From a virus, in the IMG/VR virus record IMGVR_UViG_3300035542_000215: a DNA stretch of 64,000 bases, one strand, 5' to 3'. The notes under the pieces were generated by a model. The model saw only the letters and a list, made by a program, of their open reading frames with translations. It ran no database searches and was not told the origin of the DNA. Position numbers and translations under genes: made by a program. This document shows, piece after piece, positions 34,078-44,354 of this stretch (position 1 is the first letter of the stretch; each line of letters opens with the position of its first letter).

Positions 34078-34204
34078 ATTTAAGGTATTAGATGTTAAAG
34101 TCTAATGCCTTTTTTATTTTTTGGAATATAAAACTATGAAATTGCATATTATAATTTAGAAAATATAAAGGAGTGATTAGTCACATTAATGAATAGGAGG
34201 TAAA

Positions 34205-34883
34205 ATGCAGGAATTTTATTTTGATAAAAAAGGAAACAAAAGAAGATTAAGGTTTAAAGTAGGAGACTTTATTATCGTAAAAAGAGAAGATTTAAAAGAT
34301 AAGTGCAATATATATCAAATTGTGAAGAAAAACTATGAGGATATTAAGTTAGTTTGTCCTTTTTGCACAAAAGATGTTGTTGTAGGGTTTGAAGATAAAC
34401 AAGAACTCAAATCTTTTATCTTAGATAAGTGGATAATAAAAGAAATAATATCGAAAAGAGATTTTTACAAATTCACTCAGGAAAAATCTGAACAGAATAT
34501 TATTTTCGACTAAAATTGAAAGGAGAAAAAAAATGGGTAGAGGAAGAATACTGATTTTTGAACAAATTACGGATAGCAGATCTATGAAAAGAAAAGACTG
34601 TTTACCGGTTCTAGAAAAAAGAGTAGAAAAAATAAAAGAGCTACTTGATATTGAAGATGTTAGTGTTGACGTTAGAGAACCAAGATTATTAGAATGGGGA
34701 GATAAAAAAAGAGAAGGTACAAACTTAACTCCTTATCAAAAGAGCCATGGTTACGACAGTGATAGCTATCATATACAATATAGGGTTGAATTTTTAGTTA
34801 GAAAAAACACAAGGAAAACTACATGGAATGACATATATGGACTTGTTAACAGCGTTAAAGCTGTTCCATATACTTTCTTGTAA
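34205..34883 (+). CDS. Two hypothetical proteins (34205-34513, 34533-34883)
   Basis: Downstream of promoter 34123. Confidence 0.65.
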
Positions 34884-34941
34884 GCAAAGGAGAAAATAAT
34901 GATAAGATGGCAATCAAAAGATAAGAAAATAATTCTAAATT

Positions 34942-35706
34942 TTGAAAAAAGATATGAAACAAAGAAAGAAAAAAAAGATAAAAAGGAGAAAACAAGTGAA
35001 AAATAAACAGTATCGAGGAAGAGCAGTAAGAGATTATAAAAGCATAGGTGTTAAAAAAGGCAATTGGGTTTATGGTTACTACTGGACTAATGAAGCAGGA
35101 AACCATTTTATTAGAGTAACAAAGCTTCCAAGCAAAATAGTTTTAGAAGATGTTGAGATTGAAAAATCAACTTTAGGCAAAAATATTGGAATCAAAGATA
35201 AAATCAAAATGAGTATTTTTGAAGATGACATTGTTAAAGTTACTGATAAAAACAGCAGCTATTATAAAATTGGCCTTGTTAGATGGTTTGAAAAATTTGG
35301 AGCATTTGGTCTTAAATTTGACCAATCTTTTTCCCACTTTGTTAATATTAACCCAGATAGATTTGAAATTGAAGTTATGAACAATAGGTTTGAGAAACCA
35401 AATCTTTTATCTTTTCTTAATGAACTTAAAGATGACTATTCTTTTATATATGAAATAAAATTAAAAAAGAAAAAAGAAAATGGAGATGATTTTTACATTC
35501 AAAACAGAGAAGAGCTTATAGATGCCATGGATACCGTAAGAAGACTTTCTGAAGAAGTATTTACCGAAGAAGAAATAGATTTTGAAATAGAAAAAATAAG
35601 AGAATTAGAAAGAGAAAAGATTATAGATTTTCATATGTTTGAAAAAATTATGAATTTTTGTAAAATCAATGTTGAATCTGAAGAAAAAAATCGTGGAGAA
35701 TTTTAA
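34942..35706 (+). CDS. YopX-family protein with C-terminal extension
   Basis: YRG...NWVYGYY...LGKNIGIKDK...IFEDDIV...IEVMNNRFE. Confidence 0.75.
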   Translation: MKKDMKQRKKKKIKRRKQVKNKQYRGRAVRDYKSIGVKKGNWVYGYYWTNEAGNHFIRVTKLPSKIVLEDVEIEKSTLGKNIGIKDKIKMSIFEDDIVKVTDKNSSYYKIGLVRWFEKFGAFGLKFDQSFSHFVNINPDRFEIEVMNNRFEKPNLLSFLNELKDDYSFIYEIKLKKKKENGDDFYIQNREELIDAMDTVRRLSEEVFTEEEIDFEIEKIRELEREKIIDFHMFEKIMNFCKINVESEEKNRGEF

Positions 35707-35812
35707 TTTTGAAGTATATGTAAAGAAGATTGCAGAAATGCAGTCTTTTTTTTGTGTTTATGGAATATAAAATTAAGCAAATGCATATAATAGCTTTAGA
35801 AAATATAAAGGA

Positions 35813-36253
35813 GTGCTTTGCACAATAATAAAAGGAGGAAAAATGGATTTTATAAAGTATCGTGGGAAGATTGTTGGGAGCAATCAATGGGTGTATGGCT
35901 ATTACATGCACAATGAGTATTTAGATAAACACTATATAGTAAATTTTAAAAAGGACAATACTATTGAGATGGTAGAAATTTTTAAAGATACCATAGGTAT
36001 GTTTACTGGTTTATTTGATAAAAACAAAAAACCAATTTATACCGGAGACATCCTAAGATTTACTAGAAATTGTGGTCCAATTTATGATCCTAGCATTATA
36101 ATTGATACAGTTTTAGTTAAATACTGTAGGGACAGAGCTAGTTTTAGAATTTGCTACAGAACCCAGGAACAAAAGATGAGAAAGGGTTACGAATCTCATT
36201 ATGAAAAAATTGGAAATATCTTTGACAATAAAGATATTGAACTAAGGGTTTAA
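35813..36253 (+). CDS. YopX-family protein
   Basis: IKYRGK...QWVYGYY...GMFTGLFDKNKKPIYTGDIL...KIGNIFDN; likely start is the Met at 35832. Confidence 0.85.
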   Translation: MLCTIIKGGKMDFIKYRGKIVGSNQWVYGYYMHNEYLDKHYIVNFKKDNTIEMVEIFKDTIGMFTGLFDKNKKPIYTGDILRFTRNCGPIYDPSIIIDTVLVKYCRDRASFRICYRTQEQKMRKGYESHYEKIGNIFDNKDIELRV

Positions 36254-36255
36254 AT

Positions 36256-36829
36256 ATGGAAGTAGTAAATAAAGAAACTATGACAGATTTTGCTCAAAAT
36301 CACGGGGTAGAACTATACCAAGAATTTACATGTAAGCATGGTCCTTGGTCTGATGAAATTTTAAAATATAGGTTGAGTGAACATGGATTAGAATTTTTTC
36401 ATATGAATGATTGGTATGTCACTGATGGTCTTGAGAATTTAGAAAATGGCATTATGAAAGTAGACAAATTGATAAAGCCAAAGGTGAGTTTTATTGGGAA
36501 AATAAAAAATATATTAAAAAGGAGATAATATGAATAAACTAAAGAAAAAATTAGAGGAAAAAGTAAATGAGGAATTAACTGAATATGCAAAATGGATTTC
36601 TAACTTAAATCACAAGCTTATTATAAAAGAGTTATATAAGAGTGGAATGATGGGAGAATTAGCTTTAATGTGTGAAAAAATTGAAGATGAAGAAGTTATC
36701 AAAAAAATGTTAAAAAAAGAAAGAATCCTTGATGAACTTTATTTTCACTGGTTAAACACTGATAAATCTCTTATCCAAGAAGAATATGATTCTTTTGTTT
36801 ACACTATTGAAAATAATATTTTTAAATAA
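36256..36829 (+). CDS. Hypothetical 36256-36528 and DUF3848-like 36530-36829
   Basis: 36530 resembles the 14.8-16.6 kb paralogs (LEEKVNEEL.EY...LDELYFHWL). Confidence 0.55.
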
Positions 36830-36843
36830 GGGTGTATTGAAAT

Positions 36844-37053
36844 ATGAAAAAGAAATTTTGTGAATATTGTAGAGATTTAGTTGATTTCAAAGTTATTGAA
36901 ATTGTAAAGGTTGATACAATTAAAGATGTCAAAATTAGATATAAAGAAAAAAGAGCTATATGTTCTAAGTGTGGAAATTGGTTTATTCCTTCTCATATCA
37001 TGGATCAAAACTTAGAAAGAAGAAGTACTGCTTATCATAAATCAAAAAAATAA
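36844..37053 (+). CDS. Standalone YgiT/MqsA-type zinc finger
   Basis: FCEYC...AICSKCG; no HTH domain. Confidence 0.65.
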   Translation: MKKKFCEYCRDLVDFKVIEIVKVDTIKDVKIRYKEKRAICSKCGNWFIPSHIMDQNLERRSTAYHKSKK

Positions 37054-37170
37054 AAAACTTAAAAAGAGGCAAGGCCTCTTTTTTTTTGGAATATAAAAGC
37101 TTTTAGGTGCATATAATAACTCAAGAAATAAAGGAGTGCCTTATGCACAAAATACAAATAGGAGGATACT

Positions 37171-37854
37171 ATGAAAGAAAAATTAAAGGAGAAATTAACT
37201 TTTAAAGAATTTGAGAAAGAAGTAGAGCCGTTTTTATGCGTAAAGGGAGACAGATTAAAAGTCCTTTTTGACTATCTTGATATTGAGAATAAGGAAATTG
37301 GTGAGGTTGATTTTATATCAATTATAAATAAGTATTCTCATTTAGACAGCATAAGTGAAATTAATGAATATAAAGGGTATGACTATAAAAATGTACTTGG
37401 CTTATCTCAAGTTTTTGAAGTAATCGAAGTTGGGGATGGTTCCTTTTGGACTGATGCAGTTGATAAATGTGAATACATACCATTTTAGGAGGAAAACATG
37501 TGTAAATATTGTGATGAAAAAATTGAAATAAATGGGAAAAAAATAGAACAAAAATTTTGTTTTAATTGTGGTTCAAGAGCAGACGGAGTTTCTAACTCCC
37601 TCCCTGCTTTTGTAATGCATGACCTTTTAAGAAATGATCTAGACTATGAATATTTAGAATTATCAACTTCAGAGTTAGATATTCTTGAGGATGTGGTAGA
37701 AGGTGCTTGTAACACCAAAGAAATTCAAGACAAGATGAAGACAAAACTTATTGAGTTTGGTTGTTATTTTGACACTGATGAAAGTGTTTGGGTTAGGTCA
37801 GGATTAAAACAAGGAGTGAAAAATGGAGAAACAAATCAAAAAAGAATTTTCTAA
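37171..37854 (+). CDS. Two hypothetical proteins (37171-37488, 37498-37854 with a zinc ribbon)
   Basis: Downstream of promoter 37088. Confidence 0.65.
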
Positions 37855-38620
37855 AGAGGCTCTTGATTGGGCTAAGGATTATGAAGAAGAACGAAATAGA
37901 GAACTTGCTGAGGTTAACGAAGATTTAGAAACTTATAAGGAATGTGTTCTTTGTGGTGAAGAAATAAAAGGATACGGCTTAGATTTAGAGTATTTTAAAT
38001 ATTTTGACGCTGATCCTAAACACAAAGAAATCCATAGCAAACTATCTAAAAAAGATGGTTGCATTTGTTCGTCTTGTTATTTAAAGGAATTTAAGGTAGA
38101 GAAACTCTACCATGTAAGCATTGATCCACATGCTATAGATTGGTTTGGATTTAGAATTCCAGAAAGTAGGCTTGATGAAGAAGATCCATATATTGGTAGA
38201 ATTTGCTTATCAGACAGTATCTCTGGTGCTATAAGTGCTTTTCCATTTGTTAAGCAAATAGTTTACCCCGTTGATTTTGGAGATTGTTACATAAGGGTTT
38301 ATGAGTTTGATGTAAAAGACCTACCTATAGATCAAGTAATCTCTCCGGAATATCTTTATCAAAAAGATTTAGTTAGTGATAGCGTTATAACAAGAGAATT
38401 TTGGATAGCTGAAAAATTATTTGAAGATGAAGTTATTGAGCCTTCAAGAAGCTACTTAATTAATGTAAAAGATACTAGAGTTAAAAGGCACGATAATATT
38501 AAATATAAGGATAAGCTGCAAAGTATTAAGAATAATCAAGATTGTAAAGATTTGATTTTAGGACAAGTATTTAAAGTTAAAGCTGTTTATGAAAAAATAA
38601 AGGAGAAAATATATGAATAA
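37823..38620 (+). CDS. Zn-binding plus possible ADP-ribosyltransferase-fold protein
   Basis: LYHVS...FRIP...ED...RICLSDSISGA...EFW pattern recalled from phage ART-like proteins. Confidence 0.4.
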   Translation: MEKQIKKEFSKEALDWAKDYEEERNRELAEVNEDLETYKECVLCGEEIKGYGLDLEYFKYFDADPKHKEIHSKLSKKDGCICSSCYLKEFKVEKLYHVSIDPHAIDWFGFRIPESRLDEEDPYIGRICLSDSISGAISAFPFVKQIVYPVDFGDCYIRVYEFDVKDLPIDQVISPEYLYQKDLVSDSVITREFWIAEKLFEDEVIEPSRSYLINVKDTRVKRHDNIKYKDKLQSIKNNQDCKDLILGQVFKVKAVYEKIKEKIYE

Positions 38621-40007
38621 ATTAAAGGAAATATCTTTACACAGATATGTATGTGATAATTGTGGAGAAGAATTTAAGATTGAGTATGAAAACAGTTTAA
38701 AAAATATAGGTTTTTGTCCTTTTTGCGGAACTAAAAGAGATGATGAAATAGGAAATATCATTTATGACGGAGAGTTTAACGGAGAAATAAAATATTTAGA
38801 TACTATAGGGAAACCTACAAATCCAAAAGAAATAGTATTTAAAGAAAAACTTTTTGAAACTATACTAAAGAATATAAAAGTAAGTTTAAAAAACTGTATG
38901 GAAAGTGACTTTGAAAGATTTTTAATTCAAAGAGATGAGATTGTTTACAGTACTTTAGTTGCAGAATTTGAAAATTATGAAAATATTTTTAGTGACGAAA
39001 CTAAAGAAAAAATAGAACAATCAATAGTAGATAAATTAAATTTTATTCTTCACGATGGAAAGATACAATGGAAATAACACTTTATAGATATATTTGCGAA
39101 TGCGGCAAAGAATTTAAGATTAACTACAAAGAAGAATCTGAAAACATAGACTTTTGTCCATTTTGCGGAAGAAATAAAAATGATGGATTTGAAGTTGTAA
39201 TATGTAATGGAGAGTTTAAGGCGAAATTGATTGAAGATAAAAAAGGAGAAGAAAAAATGGAAATACGAGAGAAAATAATTGAAAAATATCCAAAAACTAT
39301 GAGAAAACATGTGAAATGTGAGAATTGTTTACATACTAGTAAAGATATTGATGGAGATTTATACTGCAATGTAGAAGGAACTTCATTATTTGATAGAAAT
39401 CTTTGTTCTAAATTTGAGATGAAATCAAAGATAAAAATAGCACTTCCTATTTTAAAAAAAGCAAATGAAAAAGCACAGGAACTATCTAATATTTTAGCAG
39501 AAGCTGAAGAACTAGGTGCTTATGAAGCTTATGAACTTTTAAATGAGTCAAAATATTTAACTGATAAAATAAGGTCTAGTGTTTTTATAAACGAAGAAGC
39601 TATTGAAGATGGAGATTATGAAGAATAATTGAAATAATAAACAGGAGGAAACAGATATGTTTTATGAAGAAGAGTTAGAGATTAATGGAGATAAATTCAT
39701 CAGGGCAGATAAAGCCGTTGAACATGTAAAAAAAATGGAAAAAGAATCTGGAGAAAAGATTCTCAATAATATTATTGATGACAATTACAAAATGACAGAA
39801 GAAGAATATTACAGTGTTTCAGATTTGTTCGATTATGACATCGGCGATAGAAAATTTATCGAAATAGAAAATGCGACAGTTCATGTTTTAAATAAAGAAC
39901 AATTTAGAAAAATTAATAAGATATTAAATTGTTATTATGACCTAGCTTTTACAAGGCTGTACAAAGATTCTAATCCAGAAAATAATGGTGATAAGGGTGA
40001 AAGTTAA
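38613..40007 (+). CDS. Paralogous zinc-ribbon proteins 38613-39077 and 39068-39628, plus hypothetical 39657-40007
   Basis: Shared N-terminus EI.L.RY.C..CG.EFKI.Y.....I.FCPFCG......I..GEF. Confidence 0.7.
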
Positions 40008-40403
40008 AACAGAAAAAACACATAGAGATTCCTAAAGAAATGCTAGAAGAATTAGACCAAGTTTTTTTATAATAGTTTTCACTGTAAACAACATCCTAAG
40101 GAAGTTATTAAAATAATCAAACAAGAAGAATCTTTATCTAAAAAAGATAAGGTAAATGTATAATGGTCTCTTGCTTATAGCTTGTGACCAGCAAAGGTTT
40201 AGCCACTGCACCAGAAAGCAGTGGTTTTTTGTTTTTTTGACAAGTTTTATATTTGTGATGAAAGGATGCTGTATGTTTCACCCAAAAATGTGACTATTAA
40301 CATCTTCGACATTTCATTGGAAGTACTTTGCTTCATATGGAATATTTTCTGCTGTAAATGCATATTATAAGTTAAGAGATAAAAAAAGAGAAAGGAGCTT
40401 TTT

Positions 40404-40598
40404 ATGATGTTGCCAATATGCGGCAGATGTGGAGAAGAAGCAGAATATTTTACTCAAAAAGACACAATTAGAGTTGTTAAAAACGGAGTATCTTTTTATA
40501 TGGAAGTAGAGGCTGCTCATTGCTCTAAATGTGGTTCAAGATTATTTGTAGAAAAACTTAAACAAAATAATGAAAATAAATATATAGCTTATAAATAA
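40404..40598 (+). CDS. YgiT-type zinc finger microprotein
   Basis: CGRCG...AHCSKCG; downstream of promoter 40339. Confidence 0.65.
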   Translation: MMLPICGRCGEEAEYFTQKDTIRVVKNGVSFYMEVEAAHCSKCGSRLFVEKLKQNNENKYIAYK

Positions 40599-40630
40599 CA
40601 AAAAAACCCGATTAATCGGGTTTTTATCTT

Positions 40631-40942
40631 TTATTTTTCTAATATTTCTAGATATTCTTCTATTCTTTCTTTTCTTAACTCTTTTTTCAATTTTCTTATC
40701 TCAAGTATTTTCTCAAGCATTTTTTCGATATTTTGTCCTATTATCATATTCATAACCGGTTCATCTTTATTAGGACCTAATGTTGTAAAAAATACCTGGT
40801 ATGCATTTTTCTTTGTGTATGCTGTTATTACAAGCTCATAATCTTCTTCTAACCTTGTTATCTTATAATTTTCTCTAAGACTATCGCAGTAATTTTCAGC
40901 ATCTTCCCTATCGTCAAATTCAATTAATCCAAGCTCTTTCAT
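40631..40942 (-). CDS. Hypothetical protein, paralog of 41966-42289
   Basis: Shared I.F....A..Y...L...VITA.....YQV.F...G.NIEK.L.KILEIR. Confidence 0.7.
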   Translation of the reverse strand: MKELGLIEFDDREDAENYCDSLRENYKITRLEEDYELVITAYTKKNAYQVFFTTLGPNKDEPVMNMIIGQNIEKMLEKILEIRKLKKELRKERIEEYLEILEK

Positions 40943-41430
40943 TATTTTTCTCCTTTTAAATTTACTCCATATTTTTCAATAGTTTTTATCACTTCTTTAA
41001 ATGAATTGCTCCCTAAATTTCTTATTTGTTTTAATTCATGGGGATATAGTTTTGTGATATCTCCTAATGTTTCTATATCTGCTCTTCTTAAACAATTATA
41101 AGTTCTTGTAGACAATCCTAGTGCTTCTAAGGGATTAGAAAGTACAGAATCAATTGTTTCATAATCTAGTGCTTGTATCACATTGGGGATATCATAGTCA
41201 TACATTTTAGCTTGTTGTAAAAAATATGCTGCTCCTCCCAAACTAGAACTTAAAGTTTCTCCTTTTCCAGTATTTTCTATGCATTTATTAGCCAAATCCC
41301 GATTTATTGCAGCTGATTCTTTGCAATACTTCATAATGTCTGACACTTTAACATAATACTCTTTATATTTTACCATTATTTTCTCCTTTGTTTTGAAAAT
41401 TAACTTGCAAACTTGATATTTGTCCTCCAA
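40942..41430 (-). CDS. Protein with a C-terminal RNA polymerase alpha-CTD-like domain
   Basis: PLEALGLSTRTYNCLRRADIETLGDI...ELKQIRNLGSNSFKEV matches the RpoA CTD HhH pattern; no alpha-NTD. Confidence 0.8.
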   Translation of the reverse strand: MEDKYQVCKLIFKTKEKIMVKYKEYYVKVSDIMKYCKESAAINRDLANKCIENTGKGETLSSSLGGAAYFLQQAKMYDYDIPNVIQALDYETIDSVLSNPLEALGLSTRTYNCLRRADIETLGDITKLYPHELKQIRNLGSNSFKEVIKTIEKYGVNLKGEK

Positions 41431-42492
41431 CCTAGTTCATCAAAGTTACTTATTTCTTCTTCTCTTAAAATTTTATAATCATCATAATATTTAATATTTT
41501 CAGACTTTAAAGACTGTACTTTTTCTAAAGCTTCAGCCTTATTTTCACATACTCCATATAGTATCCATAGTCTTTCTGTCTCAAGAGTCATAAGGACAGC
41601 TATATAATGTTCTTTATTTTCTTCTTCTTGAAGTCTTATCTCTATCTCTTCTTCTAAAGCTTGTATAGTGTCTAAATACTGCTTTTTAGTCTCATCTCTA
41701 TGAGGTCTAATGTATTCAATAATTTCAAACATTTCTTCTATCATTTCTCCAATATCTTCGCCTTCAATTATATAGCTACATGTGTAGTCCTTATCTGTTG
41801 TATTATAAGCTGTAAAATGCAGCATATAATTTTTTTCTTTATCTACTCCAGCTACAATATGAAAAGCGTCGTAATCTTCCAGATAAACCGTATCATAATG
41901 ATCTAATTTTGATTTTAATTTTTCTCTTATTTCTCCTAAATTTCCTTTTGTTATTTTAAATTCTCTCATTTGCTTTCTCCTTCAAATATTTTCAAATACT
42001 CTTTTTTTATGCTTTCCCTAAATCTTTGTTCTACATTTCTAATCTCAAGTATTTTATCAAGTATTTTTTCAATGTTTTTCCCCTTGATTAGATAATCATA
42101 GATTTCAAAAGAAGTTTCTGATTCGTCAGTAAAATATACTTGGTAGTTACTATCCTTGATAAAGGCAGTGATAACTATGTGATAGTATTCTTCAATGATA
42201 ATTTTTTCAGAATCTTTTTTTAATTTTTCTACATAATCAATAGCTTCATCCTCTGTCTTGAATTTGATGACTTCTAAATTATCCGTCATCTTATTATTTC
42301 CATTTTCAAAGTTTCTTTTTCAACTGGATACCAGTATTTTAAAATTGTATATTCTTCATTTACTTCTATAAAATCTCCAACTATATATGGATCTTCATCT
42401 TTATAAACCAAGTTACCAGTTACCCATTGACCTTCTTTCATATTAAGTTCTTCAAAATCTCTTGTTATTTGTCCTCTGAATTGATAAATCAT
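41400..42492 (-). CDS. Hypothetical genes 41400-41969 and 41966-42289, and a YopX-N-like microprotein 42286-42492
   Basis: Leader and SD after promoter 42548 place the start of the last ORF at MIYQFRGQ rather than at 42585. Confidence 0.65.
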
Positions 42493-42787
42493 TTTTACCT
42501 CCTGTTTTATTTTGTATTTTTTTATACTCCTTATTGTTTGTTTCCTTATAATATGCAAAATGGAGTTTTTATATTCCTTTTTCAAAAAATCTTTTTTGGC
42601 AAAAACGTCTGTATCCTATATTAAAACATAATTTCAGCGATTTTTTTTACATAGAAATATGCAACGGTTGCATATATTGCTTTTTTGTAATATTTTGTCT
42701 TATGATTTGGTTTCATTTCTACATGTTTTTGATAAGTTAATCTTACCATTTTAAAAATTCTTGTCAAAATATTAGATTTTTGACAAA

Positions 42788-43084
42788 ATGAGAGATGAAA
42801 GGATAGTGAAAATAGTGGAAAAAGTAAAAGTAATGGCAGCTTTTTATCATAATAGGAAAAATAATAGATTAAAAAAAGACGGAAAAACTGGAGAAGTTAT
42901 TCCTCTTAAAATTAAATATAAAAACAAAACTGTTAATGTTATTATGTCTAATCGGTATTATGAAAAAGAAAATAAAGAGAAAATTATTGTTTTTCGTTGT
43001 TTTTATAAAGAAAGAGGTTTTTTTTATAAACTCTATTTTTACACTGAATCTCTTGATTGGTTTATAGCTTTTGAACAGAATTAA
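42788..43084 (+). CDS. Small hypothetical protein resembling clostridial Y-family-polymerase accessory proteins
   Basis: V.VMAAF...GEVIPLKIKY...IVFRC...YKLYF....DW; resemblance from recall only. Confidence 0.35.
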   Translation: MRDERIVKIVEKVKVMAAFYHNRKNNRLKKDGKTGEVIPLKIKYKNKTVNVIMSNRYYEKENKEKIIVFRCFYKERGFFYKLYFYTESLDWFIAFEQN

Positions 43085-43156
43085 TTGATTAGCAATATTG
43101 ACGTACTTGTTTGAGTACGATACAATAGAGTTATAAATAAATAGGAGGGATGTAAG

Positions 43157-43420
43157 ATGGTTGGAAATACTATGAATCCAAGTAATGCGAGAAAAAAATT
43201 CTATCAACTTTTAAAAGATGTCAATAAAGACCATAAAGAAATTCAAATAATCAGTGAAGTCACTGGCAACAATGCTGTGCTTATTAGTTTAAAAGATTGG
43301 CAATCAATAAAAGAGACTCTATTGCTTGAACAAACAGGAGTACTTGATAAAGTTAGAAAGCGAGCAAAAGATGATAGTGGCTTTACAAATATTGATGAAA
43401 TAGATTGGGATAAAATTTAA
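43157..43420 (+). CDS. yefM: Phd/YefM-family antitoxin
   Basis: NPSNARKKFYQLLKDV...NAVLISLKDWQSIKETL; promoter TTGACG-17-TACAAT containing GTAC repeats. Confidence 0.9.
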   Translation: MVGNTMNPSNARKKFYQLLKDVNKDHKEIQIISEVTGNNAVLISLKDWQSIKETLLLEQTGVLDKVRKRAKDDSGFTNIDEIDWDKI

Positions 43421-43686
43421 TGAATTCCTACGAAGTATTCATTAAAAATTCTGCTAAAAAAGATTTAAGAAAAATAAAACAATCTCATTTAATAGATAAT
43501 TTTAATGAAATTGTTAAAGTATTAAAAGAAGATCCATTTGAACCTACCCAATCTTTTGAAAAACTACAGCCTAAATCAGCTGGATTATATTCAAGAAGGA
43601 TTAACCAGCAGCACCGTGTTGTTTATAAAGTAGATGAAGATGCACGACGTGTCGAAATTTATTCAACATGGACACATTATGAATAA
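43420..43686 (+). CDS. yoeB: Txe/YoeB-family toxin
   Basis: AKKDLRKIK...FEKLQP...YSRRINQQHRVVY...WTHYE. Confidence 0.92.
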   Translation: MNSYEVFIKNSAKKDLRKIKQSHLIDNFNEIVKVLKEDPFEPTQSFEKLQPKSAGLYSRRINQQHRVVYKVDEDARRVEIYSTWTHYE

Positions 43687-43738
43687 GAACCCTTAACGAT
43701 TTTTTTTGAAATTCGCAGGGGGTTCTTTTATATTGCAA

Positions 43739-43798
43739 GTGAACTTCTCCACCTAAATAAAAACCAAGATTTAGATGGAGTCTTCTTGTAAGTCTTAG
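43739..43798 (-). mobile_element. 60-bp miniature IS605-type element
   Basis: Minus strand TTTAT|CTAAGACTTACAAGAAG-hairpin-AGTTCAC; same length and ends as 10933-10992. Confidence 0.6.
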
Positions 43799-43824
43799 AT
43801 AAAAAAAGGGCCGAAGCCCTCAAT

Positions 43825-44343
43825 TTAAAACTTTTTAAAAATTAATGTTTTATTATTATCTGTTTCTACTATATAATCATAATCTTCTTTCCTAAAATAT
43901 TCCTTATCTTCCTCTTTTATTAAATAAGCTATGCCTTTTATTTTTGAGCTTGAAAGTGGTGATTTTGCAAATACTTCTATATTTTCTGCAATAATCTTTT
44001 TTATTTCTTTATAGTTAAAGCCTAGTCTTATTCTAATTTCTTCTATTACAAATACTTCTTCACCTTTTTTAAGGAGATCTTGAGGAATTTGTTCTTTTCT
44101 TAAAACATGAACTTTTTTGTCTCCAACATATGCTCTTGGCATTTCTGATATTTTATAACCTATAATTTTTCCAAATCTAACAAGTTTTCCTTCTTTATTA
44201 TTCATAGGTTTAAATAGATCAAGGTTGTAATTTAAAATTGTTGGGTTTACAAACTCCGAATATTCTTCAAATTCTCCATTTTCGTTTCTTTCTAAAACTG
44301 TATTGTCTAATATCTTTGGCTTGATTATTATTTTATCAATCAT
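43825..44343 (-). CDS. Hypothetical protein
   Basis: SD-led ORF downstream of ligA. Confidence 0.65.
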   Translation of the reverse strand: MIDKIIIKPKILDNTVLERNENGEFEEYSEFVNPTILNYNLDLFKPMNNKEGKLVRFGKIIGYKISEMPRAYVGDKKVHVLRKEQIPQDLLKKGEEVFVIEEIRIRLGFNYKEIKKIIAENIEVFAKSPLSSSKIKGIAYLIKEEDKEYFRKEDYDYIVETDNNKTLIFKKF

Positions 44344-44354
44344 TTTTTCTCCTT

